Positions 49,601 through 64,000 of a stretch of DNA of 64,000 nucleotides are shown here, piece after piece. The stretch lies in the NCBI GenBank assembly GCA_044892505.1, contig CM097883.1, positions 454,522,001 to 454,586,000 of the forward strand, written 5' to 3'. Made by a program: the position numbers and the translations under genes. Numbering within the stretch: position 1 is the first letter of the stretch; every line of letters begins with the position of its first letter. Below the pieces are notes generated by a model, which saw only the letters and a program-made list of their open reading frames with translations, was not told the origin of the DNA and did not search any database. Origin of the DNA: Schmidtea nova (Eukaryota).

Positions 49601-51886
49601 GTCTCTTTTAGCACATAACGATTATTATTGTTACTAATATCAGAGATAAAATAAGAAAAGATGTCAGAAGGAGATACACTAAGTATTCACATATAATCAT
49701 AGTTTGGTTAATATCAGTTCGGAATAATTTGTTAGTTAAATAGTTGTTGTGTTGATTGCGACGTAGGATTGTAGTAAGAGTTGGACCCCCTATTTTTCTT
49801 TACTGTCCCATTATCATATAATACATTTTCGTAGTAATTTGCCGTTACTGTGTAGTTAGAGTTCATTTTCAGATTACTATATCGAACAAAGGATTTTCTA
49901 ACATTTAAGGTATCAACAAAGTTTTGAAATATTATTTGCACTTTTACTCTCTCTATTGCTGTCCATTACACATTTATTCCATTTATTACTGGATCCACTT
50001 CAACTGTGCTTCGTAATTCCTTGGTTTGCACTACAATTCAAATTTGATTGTTAAATTTTTCAGGAGAGAACGTCTCGTTTTGTTTAATCGTCCAAGGATA
50101 TTTGTGCAACAAAAATATTTCTGTCATAATTCAGAATAATGAGGGGTGTAAATGGATCTAGTAAGTTTGTGATTTCTATTTGTCCCGATATTTCGCAGTG
50201 ATAGACCGAAACAATATTAGTAAAAGTAGAACACACACACACATATATATATATATATATCGATTTTTCCCATAAGGGTATTTTACTTGTTGCATATGGT
50301 AAATCGATTTTTATGCTGTTCGCACTTGTCAATGTTATTAGAACAATTGATGTAAATAATACTTTATTAATATAGCTGATTAGAGCTGGATTATTGGTAA
50401 ATTTTTGTTTGAGTTTTGTGTCCCCTTTTTCTTTGTTTTGTCTTTATCGTAATGAGTACCATGCTTCGTCATTGTCCGGAACTAATTTACATCGATTGGC
50501 ATGTACTATCACAAGGTTAGCTTTTTATCCTTGAAAGGTAGTAACTTTAAATTTGTTTCGGTTGTGTCGCACAGAAAAATATATCAATAAAAAATACAAT
50601 AGAAGCAGCAGGGCACAGAATTGTTTTTTCCACACTATACATCTCAATTAAATCCATTGAAGTTTTTTCGCTTTGGAAAGGTAAAATCAAAAGTGCTAAG
50701 TGCTAAAGTTCCGAAAAAATATTGCCTGAACACTGTTTTGACTTTTATTTGCATAAACAGGAGTTTTGGCTAATGCATTGGCAAGAGAATAATTTTAAAT
50801 AAAACAGTTTTTTAATTGTCTTTTATTTGTTAATTGTTATTGTGTATTTTTTTGATTTGTTATTGTTTTGTATTTTAATAAATTGAATTTTAGTGATTAA
50901 ATATTTCGAGAAAAAGGATGAAATATTTAGATAAACCTGTATATAATTTACCGGGTGGATAATTTACAGTTTAAAGTTATATTGTACATAGGAATAATAT
51001 TATGATGTGTGGTGATTTCTGGCTTTTGAATTTTATATCGCGTCTGTGTGCGCGTAGTTTAAATATTTAATTATCAGCGTCTGTGTGCGCTGCTATTGAG
51101 GGAATTTAACGCGTCTGTGTGCATTTGGTAATTTTGTGGTTTGTTTTGTTAAATTGATTTTATTTCTTAGATTATTGGAGTTTGTTTTGTCAAACTATTT
51201 GGATTTTTTAGTGTTTTTAGAATTTTTTTAATTTGCTGAATTATTGGAAATTGTTTGATTATGTAAATCGCGTATCAATGACAAACGATATTGTTAGGAT
51301 GTGTAATGGTTCAACGGGAAACGAGTTATCAAATGAAACCGATATCGGGACGGATTATGACAATATGAAAAAAGCCACCACAAGTTTCATTCGTAGATGC
51401 CATGGGAATTATTTCAATTCAAATGAATGTCCTCGTTTTCGCGTGACTCTGACGATAATCCACCTGAAAATCGCTTCAAAGTATATCTAAATGGAAATTT
51501 CCGTAGATTAATGGCAAAAGAAAATCAGCTGCGATCGCTATTTTCTCACCATCAATTTATATCGTTCTCTAAATACAGTTCTGGCATTAAGTGGGTCGTT
51601 CTCATCCTAGTGAAGAAGCATTATTTGCAACAATTTACATTATTTGGATCGACTCATGTGACACTGCTAATAATAGGCGCTTCTTCGCATTTGATGATTG
51701 ACAATTTATTCAATGGATTTTCAATGACAGTTTCTAGAAAGTTATGTAATCATATTATGACAAATATGGTTGGGTTTTTCATCGGAAGTAGTCCGCTAAT
51801 TATATTTTATTCATTGGGTTTTATTTATATTTTATCTCAAGCCTTGATCAACTGGCCTGGATCAAACATAATAGGCATATTAAAAG

Positions 51887-54453
51887 GGCTCCTATTTATT
51901 CGCTATGTATTTTTTACTAAACGCTATGTATTTTATTAGTGCCTTTATGTATTTTTTTCTAAGTAAATATTTATAAAATGCTAAGTATTATATTAATTAT
52001 ATAAGTAAAAAAAAGAATTCATTAGGTATTTAATTATTTAATTATAGGTAATATTTTTAATTTTTATAAGTAAAAAAAATACAAAAACTAAGTAAAACAA
52101 TGAAAAATTCATAAGTATAAACAAAAAGTGACACAATAAAAAAATCCATAAAAATACAAAGACTATTTCACGAAGATTATTATAAAAATATTTGAAATTA
52201 TTGTTTTAATAAGGCTTTTTTAGCTTTAGTTGGTCTTCCTCTTGGTAGTTTACTTCCAATAGAAGTATTCTTAGCTACTGCTGGTACTTTGCAATATTTA
52301 AGTCTGATTGAAATGCCGACAACATGCTTGCAAATAAATTTTTTATTAAATGCTGGACAATTGCACTGACTGTCGGCCCAATTGGCTTTATCGTTTGGTA
52401 AATTAATGCGCCAGACAGTAAAAGCTCGCTTCTTAAATTGATCGAATGTCTTCTTGAGTTATAGTTGCGTCACTAGCTGAAACATAGTAGTTTGTCGAAA
52501 GAATTGCTTTGTTTTCTTTAGCCCATTGATAAGACTGCTGTTTCGATTGATTGTTTTGTAATAAACTCCTTCAGACTTCGAGGATATGCTAGTGACCACT
52601 TTTTAACAATATCTAAAGCTTGTTTGCTAAATCTAGATAATGGCGTGCGCTCTCTAATAGTTTCTTCGTCTTTAAGAACTCGACTCTAGATTATTGTTAG
52701 TACTTGGCGTGAAGGGCATGTATCCTTCATACCAAGTATTGCGTGTCGTAAGCCACATCATATTCATATAGTCTAAAACCTCAGTCGCTTTTTTTGTCTC
52801 CATTTTTTAACAAATAGAGAACTTGCTTTTTCAAAAATGACTTGGCTTTGTGACAATTGAAGTTGATCTACATCTTCAATTAATTCGTTTTGATCTTCTT
52901 TAGCTACTAAAGACTCGATTTTTTTGACACAATTTCTACGCATATGTGGCCAACACATCACAATTTCATTTTTATTAAAAACTTGTGAATAAGCTTTACG
53001 TATAGCGTTAGAAGCATCAGAAATCAATACACGAGGATTGAATAATGATGCATTTATTTTTTTCAAGCCAATATTGATACTTGAAAAAATAAAATTAAAA
53101 TCAGCAGTTTTTTCATTGGTACATATACCTAGGCCAAACGAATGAAAATGCCTATCTAAATCGGTTGTACCAATGATTAAAATTGGATAGCCCTGCCAAA
53201 CCAGTTTATAAGTTGCATCAGCATTTAAAATTGTTGATGCTGAGGCTAGCTTAAGTAATCTTATTGTACTTATAAAAAATCTAAATTTAGAGCTGTGGTG
53301 TTCTTCATCTTCATCGCTTTCTTCATTACTCTCTTCACACTCATATTCATCGGAATAAGTTATTTTATAATTGACTACAAAGGCTTCATCTTCTAACTCT
53401 GGTATAGAAGATGATGATTGAAGCCAATTTTCAAGCTCACCTAAACTTATTACTGGTGGCCCGTAAACTTCATTTCTAATTTTGTTGAATTGATTTCTTA
53501 ATTGTATGGTAGTAGGAACAGGCTTTATACCTCGTTCATGAAAGATTTCTAACATTCTCTTAGGTTTTATTTTAAGCTTAAACAACTCTTTAATTAGTTC
53601 TTTAGCTTCGTTAGATATTGCAGATTTAGACATGTTTTCTTCATGCTTATGCTCAGCTTCTGCCCTAAAAAGAATAACTTCGTCTGATCTTGAGTCGTAA
53701 AGTAAATGTAATGCAGAATCACATTGCTTGCCTTTAAATTTAACTTGATTGCATCGATAGTAAACTTTATTACCATCTTCAGTTTTGTTGGAATAAGAGT
53801 AACTCCATATCTTCTCTTCTTTAATTGCATTTTTTGCTTCTTCAGCACTTTTAAATACTTTTTCATGAGTCCAAACTTTGGACACTTTTTTGGCTCGTGG
53901 TTTCTTTAAACTTGTAACTTCAACATCAAACTCAAGATCAGACTGATAATCTTCAACTTCTCCAAAATTATTAGCCATTATAAGTTCAGTATTTGTTTTA
54001 ATTTTGTTTATAATAAATAAATATTTGGGCTTATAAATATTCAGAAACTTGGATAATAAATTAAATCAGATCACATGAAAAAAAAGACTTAAACAAAATG
54101 ATTAGAGTTCTAAGACTTTACGTAGAAAACCATACCGCTTTATTGAAAGTTTGTAATAATTGTCGAAAAAAATAAGATCTAAGAACATCTTAGAAAAAAT
54201 TAAGATTTATTGATGGATTTTATTAATTGACATATCGTTTTTTTATTTTACTTATAACTTGTTTTCTTGACTTGGCATTTATTTATTTTACATAGTTTTT
54301 AATTAGTTACTTAGCGAATGTATTAAATATCTAGAATTAATTAATTAACATAGAAGTGTTTTACTCTACTGATACTGTGTATTTATCTACATAGAAAGTG
54401 TTTATAAAATACATAGCGTTTAGTAAAAAATACATAGCGAATAAATAGTTCTC
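51887..54453 (-). mobile_element. MULE transposon, duplicated copy with an extra 11-bp deletion
   Basis: Same TIRs and TSD; TGTCCATAATG (14728-14738 in copy 1) is missing. Confidence 0.95.
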
Positions 54454-54517
54454 TATTAAAAGGATTAACCTACTATTTGGAAATATCCATTAGCTATAAC
54501 TCATTAATAAATATCAA

Positions 54518-54757
54518 ATCAATTAAAATATCAATTAAAATATCAATTAAAATATCAATTAAAATATCAATTAAAATATCAATTAAAATATCAATTAAAA
54601 TATCAATTAAAATATCAATTAAAATATCAATTAAAATATCAATTAAAATATCAATTAAAATATCAATTAAAATATCAATTAAAATATCAATTAAAATATC
54701 AATTAAAATATCAATTAAAATATCAATTAAAATATCAATTAAAATATCGATTAAAAT
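54518..54757. repeat. (ATCAATTAAAAT)n minisatellite, 19 perfect units plus 1 variant
   Basis: One unit longer than copy 1; the offset changes from 37799 to 37811. Confidence 0.97.
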
Positions 54758-57700
54758 ATAAATTAAAATAAAATATCAATGAAAATACAATTATTTAATA
54801 CATTTAAAATTATTTTTTCTTTTATTGTTCTAATTCATATTCAGCAACTCCTAATGATAATATTTATATTGGGTGATTAGAGCACTATCTTCCAGAATTA
54901 CAGACATTCAATTCAAATGAATGTCCTCGTTTTCACGTGACTCTGACAATAATCCACCTGAAGATCGCTTCAAAGTATATCTAAATGGAAATTTTCGTAG
55001 ATTAATGGCAAAAGAAAATCTGCTGCGATCGCTATTTTCTCACCATCAATTTATATCGTTCTCTAAATACAGTTCTGGCATTAAGTGGGTCGTTCTCATC
55101 CTAGTGAAGAAGCATTATTTGCAACAATTTACATTATTTGGATCGACTCATGTGACACTGCTAATAATAGGCGCTTCTTCGCATTTGATGATTTACAATT
55201 TATTCAATGGATTTTCAATGACAGTTTCTAGAAAGTTATGTAATGATATTATGACAAATATGGTGGGGTTTTTCATCGGAAGTAGTCCGCTAATTATATT
55301 TTATTCATTGGGTTTTATTTATATTTTCTCTCAAGCCTTGATCAACTGGCCTGCATCAAACATATTAGGCATATTAAAAGAATAAGTCTACTATTTGGAA
55401 ATATCCATTAGCTATAACTCATCAATAAATATCAAATCAATTAAAATATCAATTAAAATATCAATAAATATATCAATTAAAATATCAATTAAAATATCGA
55501 TTAAAATATAAATTAAAATAAAATATCAATGAAAATACAATTATTTAATACATTTAAAATTATTTTTTCTTTAATTGTTCTAATTCATATTCAGCAACTC
55601 CTAATGACAATATTAATATTGGGTGATTAGAGCACTATCTTCCAGAATTACAGACATGGATTGGATATTTAAATTTTAATTTATTTAAAATCAATATTAT
55701 TGATTACAATAATTAATTAGTTTTACAAAATTTATATATTGCTTATAATAATCATACAATATTAGAGTCACTCACATTTGTTATAAAGACAACAAATGGA
55801 GGGTTTATATTTTAGTTTCCTTACTATGGGAAATAAGTTTAAGGACCTCTTAAGGGGTTTAAGGAGTAAACTAATTTACAATTATTGATTACCATTAATT
55901 TTAATAAATAGACCATTCAACAATACCTTCAATGTTCTATCCTGACCACAAGATACAATGATGTTTAGATTTACCGACCAGTCGAAATCATTTATATTCC
56001 CTATGTGAGCTGCTAGAATGTGAGTTGGCACTGTTAATTTCTAAATTGCATAGTTTTTAGTCATCTAAAATCTCTATTGTGCTAACCCGTTCATCCCAAA
56101 TACTGATTTATCCGTTGAACGTTGTGGCAAAATAATTCGTTTTCACATTACTCCATTTCATTTGTGGGATGCCTTGTAAGTCGATTTTGTGAGAGGGAAA
56201 TTTCGAATTTCGAATATCCCAAATGCAAAGAGATTTGCTGCTGTCATTCGATGTGGTAACAATTTGATTTTTATTGTCTGGGTGCCAATCTATGGAGTTG
56301 ATGATTTTACTGTGGGCTTTTAGAGATTGAAATTTTTTCAATTCAATGTCGAATATTTTACAAACGTTGTTTTGCTTAATTTTCAAAGTTAATTTATCAT
56401 ATTTTTACCTAGCGCAAGTCTTACTGTAAGTGCAAAATACTCATTGCATGTTTTATTCCACTGGCACAAAGCTGGATCTGAAGATTTATTAATTGATTCT
56501 TTTCGTTTTCTCTTTGGGTCATCAAAACTCAATAGAAGGATTTCGTACTGGCTAATATTGAGACATTTTATAGGATTATTATAAAACGTAAAAAGATTTA
56601 TTTATATACTTGAGGGGGATATTTTATCGAAAATTTGTAAAATAAAATATGATTGTTACTCAATTGACGAAATAAATGAATTCTTCACTGATTCCACAAT
56701 ATGTTGGAGGTGAAGAAGAATATGAGAAGATTAAAGAGATTTTCTTTCAAAGATATATTTTTGTGCAAATTGGCAAGGAGAGAAAGAAGCATAAAATAAA
56801 AAAGAAGTTAAACAAGCAAGTAAATAAACTAAGAAAATAAATTTAAAGATTTCTCGGGGAAAAACAGGCTGTTCTAAAAGTACGAGAAGAAAATATTAAA
56901 GAATTGGCAACATTTTGTTTGACAATATGTTGTTTAAGAAGGATTACATACCCAATGTTTCATATTTGTCAATTCAGGTGAATGTGTTTAAATATAGTGA
57001 AATTAAATGCTTATTTAAATTATGTTAGATTCGAGATTTAATATGAAAACGTAAGAGAAAAAAATAATTTGTTTTGAAATAAAAATTGGACAAAAAAGAA
57101 AAAATGAAAATAAAGAAAAAGATTACTGAAGTATAAAACACGCGGAGAATGACCGAAAACGATTTAAAAGAAACAGATACAAAATTCCTTTCTTTTGATC
57201 AAATGTTAGATGAAAATTATTTATCAATCTTCCTCGTCTTTCATTTGTTATAAACTATTTCGCTAATTCACGTTTACAAATTAATACAAATTTCCAGCTG
57301 TATCTTTCAATTATTGATAATAACTAATTATAGTTAACTAGGTAATTGTAAGGCGCCTAAGGCACCCGTTGACAAATCATAAAATAAATGAACAATTTGA
57401 TGTACGAAATTTTTTCATTAAAAATTCAATTTCTTTTATTCTTAAGCAATTGAAAATTATTTCTGTTATATATTATATGGAATGGCAAAAAAAATTGTTT
57501 TATTGAAGAACGTATTGAAAAACTACATTCCGTGTGAATTATCTTTGATAATTCAATAAATTTCCTTGCTGTGTATTCGATTCAATAAGCACCTTCACTT
57601 GACTTGCAACTCTTGATTAATTTTTAATTTTTATTTTGCAAAATAAACTTAGAAAGCGCTGTTTAAAACTTGTTAATCGTGTAAAAATCTATGTTAGTAT

Positions 57701-59681
57701 TAGCGTTATAGAATCAGTGATGAGCGTAATTATATATAGTTAATATTGAATCACGATAAATATTAAATAAATTTATGCAATTTCAAATTCATTTATAAAT
57801 TTATTACAACATAAATATTCAAAACGAATTTGATTCAAGAGTCAAATCAAATTATTCTTTCACTTTCATATTGAATTTAAATTTTCATTATTTTCTAAAG
57901 TTAACTTATGAGAATATATTCATCCAATTTATTATAATAATTGTTGATTAATAAAAAAATAATTAAATATAGATTAAATATTGGAAATTCCAAATTTATA
58001 TAAATATAAAAAACCAAATTCAAATAAAAATAATTATTATCACGTTCAAAATTAATATTTGTTTCTGTAATTTACCCGCAAAATAATCCTAGCGATCCAT
58101 TACGGTTTAAAGCGACAGATGAGGCCTGAATAAAAAGAAATGGTTAAGAAAATATATATTATATTTCATAGAAATTTACTTGAATTTCTTTTGGTCGTTG
58201 GTCCTCTCGCACGAGATTCATTTTGGATCTCGATTATAATTGAAATTGGAATAATATTTCAGTGACAAAATATTTTAAAATTACCTCTACCACTAATGAT
58301 TATTTAAACAATTACATAATAGTATATAAATATATAGGTTTTATTATTTCTATTTGTGTGACTTTTGCTTTAATTGAAGTTTGAGTTTAATATAATTATT
58401 TTATTTTATCTGTTTATTATTATTAAATATTTAAAATAAATTTTGATTAAAACTTTATCATATATCAATTAATTGTGGTGAGTTATAGGTAATACGCGAA
58501 AATTAATTACCGTTAATCTTTTCCAATAAACTCGCATATAATCAATAATTAAGCATATTGTTGCCCACTACAGTGTAACGTTGGGACTGCAATGGGTGAA
58601 CTTTCGCAAATGTGATCGTCAAATGAATCGAAACTATAATTGACCGAATGCCACGAGTGGGTTTAAAGGTGACCGATAGAAGGTACTTTTCCTATTTTCC
58701 TCCCTTCATTTACTATCAACGTAACTAAACTTATCGAACTAATAACGACAATAACCCATTTACTAACACTAAGGTGACAATTAGTATAAAAGATCATATT
58801 TCTTTCACTATTGTCAACATATAGATCGAAATTAATAAATTTATTATATATCTATTTGATAGATGTAATTAAACTAAATATGTTAAAATATAAACAAGGA
58901 AAAACGAGAATCAATAAAATAATATAAAGACATATAATACTAAACAAAATATTACACTAAAATTTCAACTAAATATATTCAAATCAAAGTATTCGTTAAA
59001 AGAGAATTATAATACAATAATTGAATTTCGGCACGTTAAGAATTCAAAATTATATCAAGGATTCAGATTCCTTCTATTTCTGGGGATTGATTGAGAAATA
59101 TAGGTCATCTCACAATCTCGCTTCCTGACGTCTCTTACGACGAGCTCGAATAACCTTACTTGGTTTGAATTTCTTTTTTTGGGATTGAATCTGAACTGGA
59201 TGTGAGAGATTCGATTCTATATACAGGAAAACATTCTGCAATTGGTCTGGATTTGGATGAAGGCAACACTGCCATAGTAATAGCATAATCGACTTGTAAA
59301 CGGGCAAATTGGACTTTCTCTTTCTTTAATGACCTATTTAGATCGCGAATTAAGGCTGCATCTCCTTCCGCTTGTTTAATAAACAATTGAGTTTGCTTTC
59401 GGCTGTATTCCAATTTGTAGAAATTTACACAAGTTGCTTCCATTTTTCTGCAACGCAACTTCAATTTTTCCAATCGCTCCTTTAGTGATTTGTTCTTTGA
59501 CAGTAACTGTTCATTTATGTATTCGTTTTCTTTCGATCTTTTATCTATCATTTTGAAGTTTTCATCAATGCGGAGTATCGCGTTTCTTATTTCCTCCATG
59601 ATCTAAATGAACAATCATTTTTCGTGGCCATCTTTACTCAAAAGCTTGATGTATTTTATGAAAACATAGTGTAGTGCCTTC

Positions 59682-59684
<3 letters not shown>

Positions 59685-59760
<76 letters not shown>
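59685..59760. repeat. (AT)38 microsatellite
   Basis: Direct count. Confidence 0.95.
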
Positions 59761-59763
<3 letters not shown>

Positions 59764-60410
59764 AAATAATCTTAAGATGTATAACTTATATATAATTAAA
59801 TTAAAAATATATTATATAATATATATAATTAAATTAAAAATATCTACATTTTATAAACAGCTGTTTTAATAACAAAGGAGACTTTCAGAATTCGAATTTA
59901 AATAAATGCAAGCAGCACTAGATAAAAGAAAATACACATTCAAGTAGATAAAAAGAAATGCACATTCAAGTAGATTAAAAGAAAATACACATTCAAGTAG
60001 ATAAAAAGAAAACCCGAGAGAAGATGGAGTTCAAACATGTTAATGAAATGCGGCATCCAGCAACAATCTATTTTATGTTTATCTTTATTTGTTCAGCCAC
60101 GATACATAGTAACGAGCAAAGTCTTTTGCATCACACAAAAGAACTATCATTAATTCCATTTATTTAACCCTTTTTCAACATACATTTTGCACGATTCAAT
60201 TCGACGTTGTTGGGGTAAACAAAAACATTAGTCGTTTTAAGCGAAGTTATTCCTAAATTATTAGGATCACACCGGAATTTTGTGATTATTACAAGTTGGA
60301 TATTTTAATTAACTTGTGTTGAAATAATTGATTATTTGACACTTTTTATAAAGTTTTAATTAAATAAATTTATGACGGAATTAGTCTTTTAAAACTGAGT
60401 TTGATTTAGC

Positions 60411-62334
60411 TGGCGACCACGCCGAAAATCACAATGTCAATGCAGTTTCAAAATCAACAAAGTCGGTAATGGTAAAGTTACCAAAATCGGGCTAAGATAA
60501 GCTCACATTGAACATCAGACGATATGATAGACGACGATCAAAAGAAACAGAAGAATGCTACAAGGACATAGAAAAATAACTGTTAACAAATGGAGAGTGA
60601 TTGACAAGCACCTTCGATGTGTTATAAGTAGCAGAAACTAAGACATTATCGGGAAACTTCAGAGGAACAGAAACCACAGATGTGAAAACCAAAACTTAGT
60701 TCTTAAATACGTTCACAATTACGAAATCAATACCTGTCAAAATCAGAGAATTGTCAGATCTGGAACAAGAAGATGATGAAAGCTTTGTAGCTTTTGAGAA
60801 ACGATTAAGAAAACCTTTAGCTAAAGTTATTGGTTCAGGACGATCAGAAGAAGATATCGTTTGAGATCTCATAGCAAATAAAGCACGCGATGCAAGACTG
60901 AGGGAGATATTATTGACGAAACCAGAAAAAAATTGAAGAAATTAGATCATTGGCGAAGATTTTTGAGAGCAACGAAAATGAAAGCAATAAAACTGAATTT
61001 TTTAAAACAATCAGTCAAAGAACATATGCAAGCGTGACTGAGGAGGGGCAGATGAGAATTAAACAGAATACTCAAGATAACAGACCTACATCATCACAAA
61101 GAAAACTGTCATAAAAGCCAATTAATCATCACAAATCAAGAAGAGAGATACATTTATACATGAATCAATACAATACGAAGAAAATACTCACGATCAACGA
61201 GAACAATTTCCTAGAGAATAATGTTTGAGAAACGTGAGAATCTCATATGGCTCAGAAAGGAAACTGACAACAACCTTCTTTTTCCAAGAAGGCTTTTTAA
61301 TAAATGAAGAGGACTACCACAAGCAAGGGATTTTTTTGCTGTGGCGAAAAAAGATAAAGAAGATATGAGTGCCCACTATGAAATAAATGCATGATATATG
61401 TGGCAAGGAGGGACGTGAATTCTGAGATTGGTTTTCGTTACGGAAAGAGGTTCCACGTCGATATCAAAGAAAAACGTGCATAGAAGAAGAAGATTTCAAA
61501 TCTGAAAGAAGAGATTACACCGAGAACTGCCAGGAATTCAGAATGACTCATTGCGATATGGAAGATAGATACAATGTTCCTGAGAAATATACTACATTAA
61601 AAGAAGACGGAAAAAATATCAGTGACTCCATAGGTTTCATTTCGTCGGTTGAGTCAAGACAATAAATTATGAAAGAAGAAATAAACGAAGAAGATACGAG
61701 GCAGAAGAAGAGATCTATTAGGCGAAAGATGGCAGAAGTTGGAGAAAATGGACAAACTAGACCTTCAACGTAGTACTATATTATTATGCGAGGTGTTTTC
61801 AACTGAATGTGAAAATGCAATGGGATATATGAATATACTGGCCACATGGAATCAGAAGACCAAACTTATCACAGTCATGGTTGTTAAAGAGTTCAAGGCC
61901 GAATTCATAGGGGTGTTGATACATTGAAAGAGTTTGGAGTAAAGTTAAAGAAGATCAATAATATAGAGACTTCATTTATAAACAAAATCCACACAGATGA
62001 AGAAAGAATTAATAAAACACTAATGGCGAGGGCAAGTGAGAATAATAAAGATATTGAAGGAATGATCAGGAAATACGGCTGAATCTTTATCGCCTTGAAA
62101 TTTTATCTAGGATTTACAAATTTAGTTCAACATGAGATGCGGATAACAGGAGGCCCAATAATGCAACATCCTCGACGTCAACCAATGCATGGAGAGAAAA
62201 TGTTTGAAGAGCTGATAAACGTGTTTATTAAAGCAAATGTTATTCGGTGTTCCAAGAGTCCTTGGAATGGCCCGTTAGTGATAGTAGGGAAGAAATATGG
62301 ATTTATCAGGATGTGTATAGACTATCGTGGATTG
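60411..62334 (+). mobile_element. Degenerate Gypsy internal region, duplicated copy
   Basis: Copy of 22622-24545 (offset 37789). Confidence 0.85.
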
Positions 62335-64000
62335 CCTAATCCAATGCCTAATACCAAATTCCTCAATTCGCTTTCCCAGTCGCAATTCAAATGGCTGGAT
62401 TATACAATATGTTGTGTACAACCTAGTCACTGAGATGGTTGAGATAGTAGTATATTTGGTTCAGATTTAATATTTTCAATTGTTTATATTATAACCTTTT
62501 ATTTGTGTTGTGGAGGAATTGTAGAGTTCAGTAGAGTCTCCAGCAGGTGAATGCTGTATTCTTTTTTATGTTTGCGTGCGTGTGTGTGTTTGTAAGACTG
62601 TGATAATTAACAGATAACCAATTAACCAATTTTTATAATAATTTTATTTAAACAATTATAACCACAAGATAAAAAATATTTACTAACAACTCTTCAATTT
62701 GTCCAATAATCATTAAATCAGTCATATAATTTTTCTTTAGTACGTAAAAGTTTCCTCTTTTTTCCTTTATTGTAGCTTCTTCTGTTTTCTTGGATATTTT
62801 CAATTCGTTTCAATTCTCTCTCGGTTTAATTCTTAATTTTTTGTAATTATTATTACATTTTGTAGTTTCTTTGGTTATCTTTTTAATTCTCTAATCAACT
62901 TTCTTATATTCTTTTGGCTTGGGTAATTTTTATCTAATCCAGCCGATGATATTGCTCAAATCTCTAGCGGTAAGAATTTTATTTATTTCACCTGTGATTA
63001 TTTTCCCTTCACTATAACATTTGAGCATGTGATGACTCATTTTCTTTGACTCCAGTGCGCACACTTCGTCCTACTAACGAAGTTTATAATCATCGATTGA
63101 AAACGCTCTAACCCTTGAGTACAGAAAAGACGGTCAGTCTTCTTCAAGGTATGTGGCATTTTGCCCATGACATTTGAAATATAAAACGAGTATAGAATAA
63201 ATACTAAAAGTAAAAATAAGAATCGTCAACAATCACATCAGTTAATTAACTTAAATTGTAAAAATTGAAGCAAACACAATCACAAAATTCTCACACTCTC
63301 ATATTCACAAACATCAATATGATTGGAAACAACGGATAATCCCATTGAATTTTTAAATCCAATTCAATCCCATTCATCAACATCACTTGTCTCAATTTTA
63401 TACCAGTAAGAAAAACATTGTACAGATATTAATAGATTCAATGACTTGGCAAAACCACAAAATACATAGAAAACGAACCAAAATAAACGTTGAAGAATTT
63501 CAAACCAAAAAAAATAAAAAAGGAAGTCATAATAATTTCAGATAGTTCTGAAGATGAAACGGTGACAATTATATCACAAAACTTGCAAGGGAATCAAGAC
63601 AATATTATAGGTGATCACTCAAACCGACTGATTGGTGGTTAATTTGAACAAAAAGCAAGAATAATACAAGACCCCGATATCGAGTATGACTTATATCGTA
63701 GTCATCAAATTATTAAAATAGATGTATCAAGCAACAATCATAATTACATATGCTTACCCGCATCAATAATACAAAAATAAACAAAGCTATACAAAAATTG
63801 GGACAAGTCAAAATTAATTTCGGAATAAGTGTTGAATTTACAAAGGATGTTGAAATTGAATTACGTCGCATATCAAATAGTGCCATAATTCCGAGCCTGT
63901 TATTTTTAGATGAAGGAATAAAATCATTAAATGAAAAAATTATTAGACTATTAGATTATTATTTGGAAGGAAAATCTTGAAATTTTTTCTAAATCAGAAT

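Larger units (their letters stand above)
37811..64000. repeat. Tandem segmental duplication, copy 2 (runs off the window end)
   Basis: Near-identical to 1-26209; the ORF track repeats entry for entry. Confidence 0.99.

Overview
AT-rich eukaryotic DNA with short (46-59 nt) GT-AG introns; no prokaryotic genes, rRNA, tRNA or CRISPR. The composition, intron size and TRAF paralogues are compatible with an invertebrate such as a triclad flatworm (inference only). The dominant structure is a near-identical tandem segmental duplication with a period of about 37.8 kb (1-26209 repeated at 37811-64000). The only intact host gene I can build is a 7-exon, about 626-aa RING-zinc finger-coiled coil-MATH TRAF gene (39072-36301, minus strand). 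Its coiled coil is made of duplicated phase-0 exons of 49 or 42 codons, and a second MATH paralogue lies just downstream. The rest is nested transposon debris: Tc1/IS630, mariner, hAT, a complete MULE with TIRs and 9-bp TSD, Gypsy gag/pol/LTRs, LINE ORF1, a Polinton-like fragment and a MITE, plus eEF2 and WDR59 gene fragments. The most unusual signal is a roughly 210-230-nt structured RNA motif found in two diverged LTR-like, spliced transcription units (5438-5665 and 8666-8877, each duplicated). It shows compensatory base changes in a GCAA-tetraloop hairpin and a bulged hairpin, and a pseudoknot formed by a TTAGGG loop. One copy lies just downstream of an orphan ORF with a coiled coil and an Arg-rich patch, which suggests (as a hypothesis) a retroelement accessory-protein/RNA-element system.
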